A stretch of 64,000 nt of DNA from Camelus dromedarius (lineage: Eukaryota). The notes under the pieces were generated by a model that saw only the letters and a list, made by a program, of their open reading frames with translations, was not told the origin of the DNA and searched no databases. The position numbers and the translations under genes are program-made. Positions 1 to 11,950 of this stretch are shown here, in pieces. The stretch is taken from positions 41,666,001-41,730,000 of the forward strand of contig NC_087437.1 of the NCBI RefSeq assembly GCF_036321535.1. The letters run 5' to 3'. Numbering within the stretch: the stretch's first letter is position 1; every line of letters begins with the position of its first letter.

Positions 1-1933
1 TAGCCTCTAAGCTTTAGGAATGAACTTGAAACCACTCCCATATGTTAAATAGACACTAGGCTGCTGTGAGAAATAAAACCCACATACAGAAAGAGCTAAG
101 GCTTCAGGCTTCGTTTTTGTATTTGCTGCCCAAGAAAACTGTAACACCCTCACTCGCTTCTCTCCCCTCAGACGCTGTGTTAAAGTGACTCATTCATTTT
201 AAACAAGAGGAATACAGTTTCCCCTCCATTAGGGCTGTGAAATGAGTTTTACATTGTTGCCCAAGTTGGTGGTGGTGGTGGAACATACAGCATTACAATT
301 TCACATTGCCTAAGAGGGACACATGGAGCTATTGTTTGAGACTCAAAGGCACACACTATCATTACTTCTAGATTTAAAAAATATCATTAAATAAGTGTAA
401 AAACCTCATTTATCACTAAAGCCAAAAAATTAATCTAAGTTCAAGAGGAAAATTCATCAAAGAACCTTCTAACTTCTGATTCTGACTTAATATCTATAAG
501 CTTGAAAAGTCACTCATAATTCAGTTTCACCATCTAGAGATATGTTGTTTATAAAATAAAAAAGTTTTCTTTTCAGTTTTGTAATTTTGTATAGTTTAAA
601 CCGGAATTTAATATAACTCATGGTTTCAAAGGAAGAAATTTTTATTTATTTGTCATCCTACAAAAATATAACTAATAGTTTCATTAGGGCATTTATATCT
701 TAAAGCAGCCAATAATGTTCCAGTGTATTGCTTGAGAAAGAATAAAAATCCCATGCTCTGCTTTTTAACATAATGTGCTCACAGTATACAGAATTCTCCC
801 CTAGTTTTCAACTCCAAGAACAGTTTTAATTCTAACGGCTTTCTTCCATAATTTCTACTTTATTTAAATAAGACATGTTTAACATAATGGTCAAGGATAC
901 CTAATTTTACTGTTTCTCCTGAGCCATAAAGATGGGACCAAATATTCCAAGGAAAATTTGATTCACTTGTTGCCAAGTTGATTTACATGTATTTCTGGTA
1001 AAATTCAAGTTACCCAAAACCTATGAAACATAAGCCATTAGTATATTACCTCAACAAGATCAGGCGTGAAAAGCCTCAAGGGTCCCTCAGATCTGACACT
1101 CGCCCTGCTATCCTTCTCCACCCACTCCCAGGGTGAGGGCTCAACTGTTTCTCCAGGGGTAACTTTGTAAATAAGGTGGGCAAAACAGCCACCCCAGTGA
1201 GAAAACCAGCTCCAGCCCTGTGGCCCATGCCTTATAAAGGAGCCAGTGCTCCACCTGGTGGCAAAACCAAGTAAAAGCTGGAACAGCTAAGCCTCAGGCC
1301 AAATTTTACTTTGATGTTGAAAGAAAAACAAAAAGGAAGAAAAGAATTGATTATAAGCGCACATTAATGTTTCATACAATGTGTGGTAAGGATCGTGAAA
1401 AGTTTTTTTTCTCCCACAGAGTGTAATATTTATAGAGGATATGAAAATACTCATGCAAAAAAATGTAATTACATTCAAATCCATCTCTTTAATATGGATC
1501 TGATTTGCAAGCATGTATGATTTGCATTCCCAGAGAAATCCTCTGATAAATAACACTGATCTCCCCTTTACCCAAAGGGCTATAAGAAAAATTCCTGGGA
1601 GGTCAACATAATCCCTGAAATGGAAAAACCATGGGTAAATTCCCAACTCAACTACCTAACTGCAGGTGGGACAGCATCTCCATCATTCTGTTAAAAGGCT
1701 GTATCCCCAGGATCTTTCCTATCTATCTTTCAAAAAAGATTTCCTTTTGTCTCATATGCATTATTTCTGCTAAAATCAATGTCTATATCAGATCAACTTC
1801 AATAGGGATGAAGAACAGTTAAAGACTGGATTTCAAATTACACTACAGTCTTTAATGAAACTCCAGCAAAAATCAAAGTATAGCAGGATGTCACTTTTAA
1901 ATGGGACTAAGCCACATTACTGAAATGAAAACT

Positions 1934-2599
1934 AATAATAATCGCTAATATTTAAGCTCTCACTATAAGGTAGGTATGGTTCTAAAGTGCTTTACAAGTA
2001 TTAACTCATTCAAATCACACACCATTATTATACCAGTTTTATAGATGAGAAAACTGAGGCATCTAATGGGTAAATACCTTGCCAAGATCAAACAGCTAGT
2101 GATGGAGCTGGAATTAGAACCTAATTGGGAGAAGAATGTCACCCCTGTATCATTAAACAAAGGATGTTACAGCCATCAAGCCTCCAGACACTGCAGCCAC
2201 CCCTGGCAGTGCACTCTTGGGGGATTCAGGATGGAGGAAGACAGGATCCTGGCCCTAGGTAGTTAAGGTGCATATCAAATGAATGATTTCAGTGCCCTCA
2301 CTCTTTTAACTTCCCATACATAGAAAAGTGCTAAATTCATTAACTTGAGATGTCTGGTTTTTCTTTAATTAACAGTAATCTTTTGATATTCCGACTCCCT
2401 GGTTTTAGTTGCAAAAACTCCTATATATCCTGGCTCCTCCCTCACCTCTTTGCAGCAGTTTCTCAGATCTATTTGAGAGGCTGCCTCCCTGGGCTTATGG
2501 TCTCAGCAAGTCCACCAAATAAAACAAAATTCTCTGCTTTTAGGTTGTACCTTTTTTTTCAGTCCACAGCCCTAAAATCAGTGCTCCTAACCACATACT
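1934..2599 (-). mobile_element. MIR SINE, split by a solo LTR (pieces ~1934-2123 and ~2569-2599)
   Basis: Reverse-complement MIR core 'ttttatagatgagaaaactgaggc...cttgccaagatcaaacagctagt...ggagctggaattagaacc'; the MIR resumes after the LTR as 'gtgctcctaaccacatact'. Confidence 0.8.
2124..2568 (+). mobile_element. Solo ERV LTR (probably ERV1 class) inserted into MIR
   Basis: ~445 bp interrupting the MIR; TATA-like 'ctatatat' ~2421, AATAAA at 2518, terminal '...ttcagtccaca'; resembles artiodactyl ERV1 LTRs from memory. Confidence 0.7.
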
Positions 2600-2689
2600 T
2601 TGATAATTCTGCCCTCCTGCATGCACACCTCTTGTGAATCCCTGCCAGACCCTAGTCAAATGCAAGAGAGTGGGAGATGCTGGACGAGA

Positions 2690-3440
2690 TGGGCTCTGTG
2701 GACAGTCCTCATGATGATGCAGGCAGGGAAAGGCTATCCAGCAAAGTGGTCACAGAGCTGAGACCTGCAGGCCGTACAGCAGGAAAGGGATTCCCCAGGC
2801 AGAGGGCACTCACTTAGCCTGCCAAGGCAAAGGGAGAAGCAGGGAGCGGGTCACTGGAGGGACCACAAGGAGCTTGGTGACGCTGGGGGGACCAGCAGAA
2901 GAAAACTCCCTGAGGGAGGCAGGAGTCCTCAGATGACACATCACGGAGGTAAAGAGGCATCACCAAGAGATTTTAAACCAGAAAGTGGCCAGATGTGCAT
3001 ATTAGAAAGAGAAGCAAGAAATGTAGAAGACATTCCAGGTAAAGGGGAGGGCAGACCAGTCTAAAAGATACAAGTCCACATTTTCACAAACTTTATCAAG
3101 GAGGCTGGGGCAGTAATCCTGGAGGCAACAGTGCTTACTTGCTCACTTGCTCAAGTTAGGTTTGGGGTCTGAGCCATGCAGAGGGTGGTATCCACAGAGC
3201 TGTGAACACACGTGGAAGAGCAGGCTGGAGGGAGGAGGGGGGTGTGGGATGGAGGCTGAGTGCAAGGTCCTGTGGGCCATCCAGGGTGGACGCACAGCAG
3301 GCTGCAGGAGATATAGGTCTGGTGCTCCGGTCCCCCGCATGGACAGCAGGTACACATCTAGGTGTCATCGCACTTAAAGGATGACTGCAGCTGGAGGGCA
3401 GCAGCAGGGCACAGAGCATAAGAGGAAAGGAGGAAGTTTT
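2690..3440 (-). mobile_element. Degenerate L2 LINE fragment
   Basis: Purine-rich motifs typical of antisense L2 ('gagctgagacctg', 'ccaggcagaggg', 'gattttaaaccag'); boundaries approximate. Confidence 0.45.
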
Positions 3441-3444
3441 AAAG

Positions 3445-4855
3445 CAAGGGGTATCTGAGCAACTCAGAGAGAATTCAGGACATGGGTAGGGAAAAGTTTT
3501 GTTTTAAGTTTTACTAATCTTTAACTGAAATTTAGCATTTCTTTCTGTTGCAAATATAGGCAATTACCTGTACCTCTCTTGACACAAGTAGAAATCAAAG
3601 ATACCTTCATATCACATGACAGTATTGCAACTATCTCAAAGTATTGTCTCCACTCATTACTACTTCAAAATTATAGCAATTATTACGCCTGCCACTAGCT
3701 CTTGGTATGTAGCGCATCAAGAAAGGATGGATACTATAATATTACTTTTTTGGTATGTTGATAACTGTGTATCAGCTTGACTGGTTTCCTTCGCAATCCT
3801 ACCCATTCTAATTTTCATGTATTTTTGTTGTAAGAATCTCTGCTGCAAGCAATTTCAACGCACAACTAACTGGCTGTAAGGCAATTCTGCCATTAAAGAT
3901 GAAATAACGAAAATAAAATAATAGAGACATTAAAAAGGACATAATGAAACAAGAAAAATTAGTAACAAAAATTTTTAATATTTTCTTAGTGAAAGCAATG
4001 ATACTTCCTTTCTCAAAGTCAATTATTAAGGATTCAGGATCTAATATTGGATGTAAGTTCTTCATGATATTAAAAAAAAAATCTGCTGTAAGCTCCTTCA
4101 GATTTCCCTGGGAGTAAAAGGAACAGACAAGGGACGTGACTAGTAGTACATATCTGGGCTGCATTTAAATGTTTCATGACAGGACCAGTCCTTATATTTC
4201 ACCACATCTTCCAAGCCAGATTCTGTGCCAAAAACCAAAATTCTGTCTATACCAAGTTCTCCACTATCAAATAGCAAAAAATTTTCACCATTTTCATAAA
4301 ACTTAGCAAGAACCATGTAACCACCTCTCCTTGGGGAGACAGGAGGAGCTTGATTCTGTTTGAATATTGAGTGATACATTTGGTAAAGATGGCCCTGCAG
4401 AACACGCTGCTATATCTACATTAGCTAAAGAATTGATCACTAATGCTCTCAAAGACTGTTGTGTATTACTAGCTGCCTCTTTCATATTTGCCATAGCTTG
4501 GTAAACTTTGGGGTCTGATGGGTGAGAGGGATGGACTACGCTCACTGAAGAATTTGCAGACTATGTTATCATCTTTTAGCATAGTATGCAGTCTGGCTTT
4601 ACATTCTCTTATTTCACACTTCAATAAGTTTTCTTATCATTGTATTTTCTATCAAGTTGATATAACGTAGTTGAAACCAAACTGTCAACCAGTTATTTTA
4701 TCTTTTACAGCAAAATTGCCTTACAGCCAATTAGTTGTGCAGTGAAACTGCCTTACCGCAAAGATGTTTGCGGCGAAAATACATAGAACCTCTAATTTTA
4801 CATTTATATCAGTGTATTAAACATTATTCTGAAAAGAGTTTCATTAGTCCATGCA

Positions 4856-4856
<1 letters not shown>
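3445..4856 (-). mobile_element. hAT-Charlie element (Charlie4a-like), split by the MULE insertion (pieces ~3445-3806 and ~4800-4856)
   Basis: 'aactgaaatttagcatttc', 'cactcattactacttcaaaattat', 'ggtttccttcgcaatcct', then after the insertion 'aaacattattctgaaaag', matching Charlie4a reverse complement. Confidence 0.75.
3816..4790 (-). mobile_element. Mutator-like (MULE/MuDR) DNA transposon fossil with a disrupted FLYWCH + MULE transposase
   Basis: ~95-bp TIRs (3816-3909 vs reverse complement of 4692-4790); 9-bp TSD tctaatttt at 3807-3815 and 4791-4799; frameshifted minus-strand peptides YQLDRKYNDKKTY/KCEIRECKARLHT..HPSHPSDP, GENFLLFDSG..DRILVFGT..WSCHETFKCSPDMYY, VPCLFLLLPGKSEGAYSRFF, LDPESLIIDFEKGSIIAF. 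Confidence 0.92.

Positions 4857-4895
<39 letters not shown>
4857..4895. repeat. (AC)19 microsatellite
   Basis: Uninterrupted AC run. Confidence 0.98.
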
Positions 4896-4899
<4 letters not shown>

Positions 4900-6037
4900 C
4901 AAAGAACAAATGATTTAAGGGGGGGTGGGTGCCGACACAGGAAGACAAAAAAGGAATGCAGAAAAAGGGAAGCCTGGTGTGAGATGATCAGGATTCAAAC
5001 CCAGGACTTCTGATTTGTGTTCTTGCCTCCACCAACACACCCTAAAATAATAAAAGTACTAATCCCTTCATTTGTGTCAACAAAGTGCCTTCACAGGTAT
5101 CAGCTCCTCAGCTCATCACAAAGCCCCAGAGTAGTAAAAGGCGGGCAACGACAACCTGCCCAAAACCTAAGCCAAGCCGCTGCCCCAGAAGCCACCACTC
5201 CGCGGGCCAGTCCGGGGAGCTTGGCACCTGCCGCCCCACCCTACAGAGCCTGAGTCCTGAGCACAGAAGGGAGCGGTCCCTTATGCCATACTAGCTAGAA
5301 CCCAACTGGAGAGGATGGAAGGGCGAGGGCAGAGCCTGCTTCTCTTCAGGCTCCTGTTTGCAGGCAAGGCTAGCGCTCTGTTTGGATGGTTTGCTCAAAG
5401 CTCTTTTATTTATGTTCTGATTGGTGATCCGGGTGAATTACAAGACTTACAATATTTCAACTGTTTTATTTTCCTCCAGCTATAACCAGAACAGAAGCCT
5501 ATACTTAAGCAATTAGTTTGAAATTAGATAGACAGGCTGAAACAATGTGCTCCCTGTTCTCTCCGGGCTGTGCCCACCAACTGGCGTTCATTATTTAATC
5601 TGTGACACGTGTTGCCAGGGCTGTGTTAACGACAACCTGCCTTACTGTCTTCACATCTATTCCCAATTCTGCAACATCTGCATGGCTCATATTTACATTT
5701 TATCTTATTTTATTTTATTTTGCTTCTCTTACTTTTATAGGGTCATATTCTTAATTACTACAAAATACTCTGAAATCTATTCTAACCCTCTAAAAGGTAA
5801 CACCATTTTTTAACTTGCTGATACAAAACACTTAAGGGGCACACACAGATACCCTTTTAGATTGCCACAAAATTATTTCATTATAATAAATTTTATCTCA
5901 TGGTTGGCTAGATAAACTGGCTTTATTTTTAAATAATTCGATCAGTTCACAGATTACATTGGTCCCTTCTCATATAATGTGTGTTTCCTTTTACATGATA
6001 ATGAAAATGTGGCTTTACGTGACTGACATAATATGCT

Positions 6038-6537
6038 TGTAAGGGAGGAAAACATTCTTCCTTCTTCTCTTCCAGGTTCTTTGGTTGGTTTAATAATTAA
6101 ATTGACATAAGACAGAGTAACCGAAGAAAAACAAATTTAATTTTGTACATATGAGAGCCCATAAAAATATGAGATTCAAAGAAGTAACTAAAGCAGGCAG
6201 CTTTTATCTTTTAGACAAAGAACAATAAATTTGTCAAGAACTGACAAAACATAGGGGTATGGGGCTTGGGGTAACCGCAAATTAGTGAACAAGTAACAAG
6301 TTTTGTTTATTCAGTCTTCTCGGCCCTGAATTCCCTCTCTCTGGCAGTAAGTATACCTTCTTCCCTCCTGGTACAGGGAGGGTCCCTTTCACTTGGGAGA
6401 TTTATTTCCTGCTTTCAGAGGGACAAAGGAGGGTCAGGTGTCCTACTTACACTGACCGTTTTTTAAGTAACTTTAATTCAAAATAATCAATATGCCAAAA
6501 TAGCATATTGTGGGGTGGCATGTTCTGCTCTCCTACA
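6038..6537 (-). mobile_element. Solo ERV1 LTR (MER34/LTR39-like)
   Basis: TGTA...TACA termini; 4-bp flanks tgct/tgtt; right end is the reverse complement of the 'GAA(C/T)ATGCCACCCCA(A/C)AATATGC..TTTGGCATA..GATTATTTTGA' MER34/LTR39 start. Confidence 0.8.
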
Positions 6538-7639
6538 TGTTCTTTTGAAAAACAAGATGAATATTTCCTAATATGCATGTTAAAATGTAAATTAGTATGT
6601 TTATTGGTTGGCCTTCAACTTCTAAGTTTCTGTACTTTTTTTTCTTTTTTCTTAAAATAAGGAGCCATAGTGAAATTTGTCATTTGCTTTCTAGTAACAG
6701 TCACCTAAAAACTAGCGTGAGAATTCTTGTGGATAAAAAAGAGAGTTCAACATTGGTTTCTGGGCCCCAGGAACTGAAGAGCAGTGCCCTCCTGCAGCTG
6801 CCTGTCCGCGTACGCCTGGCCACATGGACTTGGCACGTCCATCCACTCTGCGTGTATCACAGGGTAACGCCCCGGCCGCCTGCACTACGGGGGAGAAGGG
6901 ACTGAAGCTGGCAGCAGCAAGCCTGTGATGTGTTACCTCCTTTCCTAACCACCCAGAAGCACTTCCTTCCTCACTTGCCCAATCCAAGCAAGGAAGGGCT
7001 TCTTGTCACCCTGACAGTTCCTGTAGCCTGAAGCCACTTCCTTCCATTCCTACTCTGTTTTCTTTGTGTTGCTCTCAAACTGCTTCCTCCCAAGACCTCT
7101 CCCTCCAGCCAAACTGATTTATTCTGTTTTTCAACCCCCTAGTTCTTCCTCCCCTTTGGGTTTATGCCACTGCCCCACCTTCGATGCCCTTCCCAGCATT
7201 TCAAGGGGCAGCCCAAACCCCCATCCTCCACAAGCCTTCTCAGACTACCATGGTTTAAAAACACTGCTTTTATTTCTCACACCTAGAACAATCGGCAGCA
7301 GCAAATGCATTAGACAACTAATTAAGCCTGATGACATTTGTACTATTGTCTGGATTGAGTATTTAAATATTCTGTGGCATTTAACCTTGCACAGTATCTG
7401 TATCTATTTTCTCCAACTAAGTTATCAGTAACTGTGGATCACACGATATACTTCTGAAATTGACCACTGTAAACAGCATTTATAGGCAAATTCCACCTTA
7501 CATAGCATTCATATCTATTTGTTGATTGATTGTAAGGGATTTAAATCATTTATATTATTGAATAGTAATTACAATGACAACAGCCAACAGACACTAGCCA
7601 CAGTGTCTTATTACACCCAGTATCTTATTTGACATTCAC

Positions 7640-7725
7640 ATCTGCCCTTGAGGTAGATACCATTATTTTCCCCATTTCTCAGATGAAGAAAATCAGGCCA
7701 GCAAGGTTAACTTGCCCACAGTCAT
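7640..7725 (-). mobile_element. MIR fragment
   Basis: 'gaggtagataccattattttccccatttctcagatgaagaaaatcagg...aacttgcccacagtca'. Confidence 0.7.
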
Positions 7726-7729
7726 TAAG

Positions 7730-9195
7730 TCAACATATAGTTGTTGAGCACCTACTATGTGACAGTCATTGCTAACAGTATTAATGATTCAAGGCAGAAA
7801 GTCCCCATCCTCAGGGGGCTTTTATGTATTCTACTAAGGGAAACAGATTATCAACAAATAAAACAAACAAATATCAAACCAGATATTGCTAAGTGCTAGG
7901 AAGAAAACCAAAGCAGAGTAAAGGGCTGGAGAGTCATGGGGTGGGAGGACATTCTTCTTAGATAGGGCAGTCAAAAAAGGTCTCTCTGGGGAAAGGACAC
8001 TTAGGCAGAGATCTGAATGAAGTAAGGTAACAACCCATGTAATTATCTGGGGAGAGGTTCTGGCAGAAGAAACAGAATTTGCAAAAGCCCTGAGGCCAAA
8101 GGAAGCTTGGAAAGTTTAAGAATAACAAAAAGTTCGATGTACTCAGAATATTGTGAAAGAAAGAGCAACAGAAGAGGATGAAGTCAGAGAGCAAACAGAG
8201 AGGTCTGATCATGTAAGGCTTTGTAACCATTGCACAGGTTTGTTTTTTTTTTTTCCCCCTAAATATGATGGAAAAGTGCTAGAAGGTTTCAATGAAGGGA
8301 GTGAAACACTGTGGTATTTTTTTTTAATTGAAGTATAGTCAGTTACAATGTGTCAATTTCTGGTATACTGTATAACACTGCAGTATTTAAAAAGGTGACT
8401 CAAGCTGTGTAGCTAAAGAATAGACAGAGAAAGAAGATAACTTAGGAGAATGTTGCAGTAAACCAGGTGGGAGATGAAGATGGCTTGGACTAGAAGGATG
8501 ACTAAGAAGCAGAAGATTTAAGCTATACTGTGAAGACAGAGCCAAGAGGGTTTTCTGATATGGGTAGTGACGCGGGGTGTAACAGAAAGAGAAGTGTCAA
8601 GGAAGACTCCAAAACTGGTATATGAGCAGTAAGGAGAAAAGTCCAACTATTGAGCTGGGGAACGTGGTGGGTGGTAGGGAGTGAGAAGCAGCAACACATT
8701 TTAGAGGCAAATTAAGAGTTCCATTTTGGGTGGGTTAAGTTTGAGATACCCTTTGGATACCCAAATGAAGATCAGTAGGAAGCTGAATATTTAAGTCTGG
8801 GGGTTGGATATATAAGTCTAAGATTCAGGACTGAGATATAAAATTGGGAGTCAGATGGCTTTAAACATTGTGGTTGGCTTTAAATAACATACTCACACCA
8901 CGAAACTGACTGAGAACAAATAAACGACAGAAGTCTGAGGACTGAGGCTCAGGGCCCTCCAACATCTAAATGTCAGGAAAAAGAGAAGGATCCAACAGAG
9001 GAGGCCAAAAAAGAGCTGCCAGTGAGATGGGAGAAAAATCAGGAGAGCGTGGGGAGAGAGACACCAGGTGAACAAAATGCTTCAAGGATACAGTGATCAG
9101 TCATGTCAAAGGCAGCTGAAAGATGGAGAAAGAGGTAAACTGAACTGACCATTGGACACAGCACCATGGAGGAAAGAGTTCAAATGAGAATGGGA
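7730..9195 (-). mobile_element. L2 LINE (L2a-like)
   Basis: 3' end 'ttgttgagcacctactatgtg' followed by a long typical L2 antisense body ('gttaagtttgagat', 'ggactgaggctcagggc', 'gtcaaaggcagctga'). Confidence 0.85.
8317..8373 (-). mobile_element. Extremely 5'-truncated L1 (3' tip plus poly-A) inside the L2
   Basis: 'tttttttttaattgaagtatagtcagttacaatgtgtcaatttctgg' flanked by aacactgtggtattt (8305-8319) and aacactgcagtattt (8374-8388). Confidence 0.8.
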
Positions 9196-9197
9196 CG

Positions 9198-11165
9198 ACA
9201 AGACATTGCTGAGAGAAACTAAAGACCTGATAAGTAGCTATACCATGTTCATGGATTGAGGGACTAAATATTAAGATGCCGGTTCCCCACAGACTGATCT
9301 ATAAGTTCAATAAGCCCAACCACAATCATCTCACTGCGCTTTCTGTAGAAACTGACAAGCTAATTCTAAAATAGTATTATAGAAATGCAAAGGACCTAGA
9401 ATAGCCAAAGCAATTATAAAAAATAAGCCAAAGCTGGAGGACTTATACCACCTGAGTTTAAGACTTTGAGTAGTAAGTCTGCCTAAGCAAAACAGTCTGA
9501 TACTGGCATGGGATCAACAAAGAGATCAATGAGACATAATAGAGAGCTTAGAAACAGATGCACACTTCCATGATCATCTGAATTTTCACAAGTTGACAAA
9601 GAAATCCAATAGAGGAGGACAAAGCTTTATAACAATGAAGCTAAGACAACTAAGAATCTATATGGCAAAATAAGTAAGTCTTTTTTTTCAGAGATCTAAA
9701 CAATTTTCTAATTTATTAATCTTTTAATTTTTATACAATTTTTTAAAATTTCATACAATTTTAAAGGTTACTTTCCATTTACAGTTATGACAAAAATAAA
9801 TAAGTCTCAATCCCAACTTTACACCACACACAAAAATTAATTTGAAGTGGATCACAGACCTAAATGTAAAAGCCAAAACTATAAAGCTTTTAGATATGAC
9901 ACAGAAAGCAATAAACTTAAAAGGAAACAAATTAGACTTAAAGTTAAACATTTCTGCTCATCAAAGACACAATTAAGAAAATGAATAGATAAATCACATC
10001 CTGGGAAAAAATATATGCAAATCATACATCTGACAAAGAACTGATATCTAGGCTACATCATGAAAGCTTATAATTCAATAAAAAGAAGGTAAAAAGTTTG
10101 ACGAGACAGTTCACAGAAGAAGATAAACTAATGATCAATAAGCACATGAAAAGTGTTTACTATTAATAGTCATCAGAGAAATTCAAACAAAGAGCACAGT
10201 GAGGTATCACCGCATACCCACCAGAATGGAAAAGCATTAAAAAGGCTTATAAAACCAAAGGCTGCCAAGGACATAAAGCATTCACAACTCTCATATACTG
10301 TTGGTCAACGTATAAAACAATACAACCATATTTTTTTTAATCTCTAGCAGTTTCTTATAAAACTAAATATACACCTACCCCATGACCCAACAATTTTATT
10401 CCTAAGTATTTATCCAAAAGAAAAGAAAACATATATCCACAGAAAGGCTTTTGTGTTTGAGGCAAGTTCCTTCATAATAGCCTCAAACTGAAAACAGCCC
10501 AGGTATCCATCAACAGGAAACAGACTAAACAAACTGTTGCATAGTCAAACAATGGAATAGTATTTAGTAACAGAAAAGTGTGAACTACTAATACACATGT
10601 TATGGATGAATCTCAAAAACATTATGCTGAGTGAAAAGAACAGACACAAGAAAGTACACACTGTATGATTCAAGTCATACATGGTGGGGAAAATCAAAAC
10701 AGAGGTTGCCTCTGGCAGGAGATGGGAGGGTGGGCCAAGAACCGACTGGGAAGGAACATGAGGGAACTTTCTGTGGCGACGGTCATGTTTCATACCTTGA
10801 TGAGGGTCTGGATAGCAGAGGGGGTGTACACCTTTGTCAGAACCCCGAATGACTCACTTAAGATTTGTGCGTTTCCATGTATGTACATTTTACCTCAGAA
10901 GAGAGAACTAAGAACAAATACTGAGCTCTAATAACACGTACACTGAAGGCTCTAAGGGAGTGTGTACTGATCCCACAACTTAGTTTAAAATGTATCCAAA
11001 ACGTAAGCTGGATTGATGAAAGGATCACAGGATGAATAGATGACAAGATATGCGTTAAAGCAAATAAAACAAAACATTAATTGTAGAGTCTAGGTGGTGG
11101 TTATATGGGTGTTCACTTTGAAATTCTTTCAACTTTTCTGTATGTTCGAAAATGTTCATAATAAC
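9198..11165 (+). mobile_element. Old L1M fragment (3' ORF2 remnant and 3' UTR) inserted in L2
   Basis: ORF2 motifs 'ataccatgttcatggattg', 'gaaatgcaaaggacctagaatagccaaagcaat', 'atcacagacctaaatgtaaaagccaaaactataaag'; 3' end 'ttcaacttttctgtatgttcgaaaatgttcataataa'; many stops. Confidence 0.9.
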
Positions 11166-11950
11166 ACGTTAGGCAGGTAGGGTGGAAAGTGTGAGGTAAG
11201 TTATTGGAGACAGAGAGAACAGACAACTTATTCAAAGAGTTTTGCTTCAGAGAGGAACAGAGACATGCGGCAAAGCTGGTAGGAGGCAAAGGATTAAGGA
11301 GGGGTTTTTTGTTTGTTTTAAAGAAGGGAGATATTATAGAATGTTTGAATAACAAGAATGATCGAGTGAAAAGAGGATCTTTGATGAAGCTCGTGGGAGG
11401 ATACTGCAGAAGCAAAGCTCTGAGTCGGCAAGAGCAGAGGAGTGGGTTGGGAGCGAGGTGGGCCTCAGCCAGGACACACACAGCTCATCCACAGCAAAGG
11501 GCGGGGGCTGGGGGACAGAATTATGCAGGAGGTTTGGTGGTGGGGAGATGAGATGCTTCTCTTCCAACTGCTTCTAGTTTCCTAGTGAAATAAGCAACAA
11601 GATCATTAGTTGAGAGAGAGACAGGAGTGGATGCTGGAGGCTTGAGCCAAGAGGAAAAAGGTATGAAACAATCACCTGGGAAGGTGAGAGAATGAATTTA
11701 TCAGGGAACATGGCAGGGTTGCCAGAGAGTGCTGAGTGTCAGTCAGTACAGCAGGTGGAGTCATCAACTTAACATCATCAGATTTTGCGGGGGAGGTCGG
11801 TGGGGAGTGTGGAGTTTTTCATGGACAACCCTGATCTTAATCAGGGCTGAGTTTTGCAGGAGAGTAAGAAAGAAGGCGAGAGGGACACATGGACCATGGG
11901 GTATAAAGTGAGTAGAGGGGGAAAGTTAGAACACACGGGTCACTGATGGA
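11166..11950 (-). mobile_element. Continuation of the L2 element
   Basis: 'gacaacttattcaaagagttttgc', 'gcttctcttccaactgcttctagtttcctagtgaaataag'. Confidence 0.65.

Noticed and set aside
1230..1240. CArG box
   Set aside because: ccttataaagg has seven A/T bases between CC and GG rather than six.
3808..4700. Domesticated, functional FLYWCH/MULE gene
   Set aside because: Multiple frameshifts and stops, the first catalytic Asp motif is altered (HETFK), the C-terminal part is missing, and TIRs and TSD are retained.
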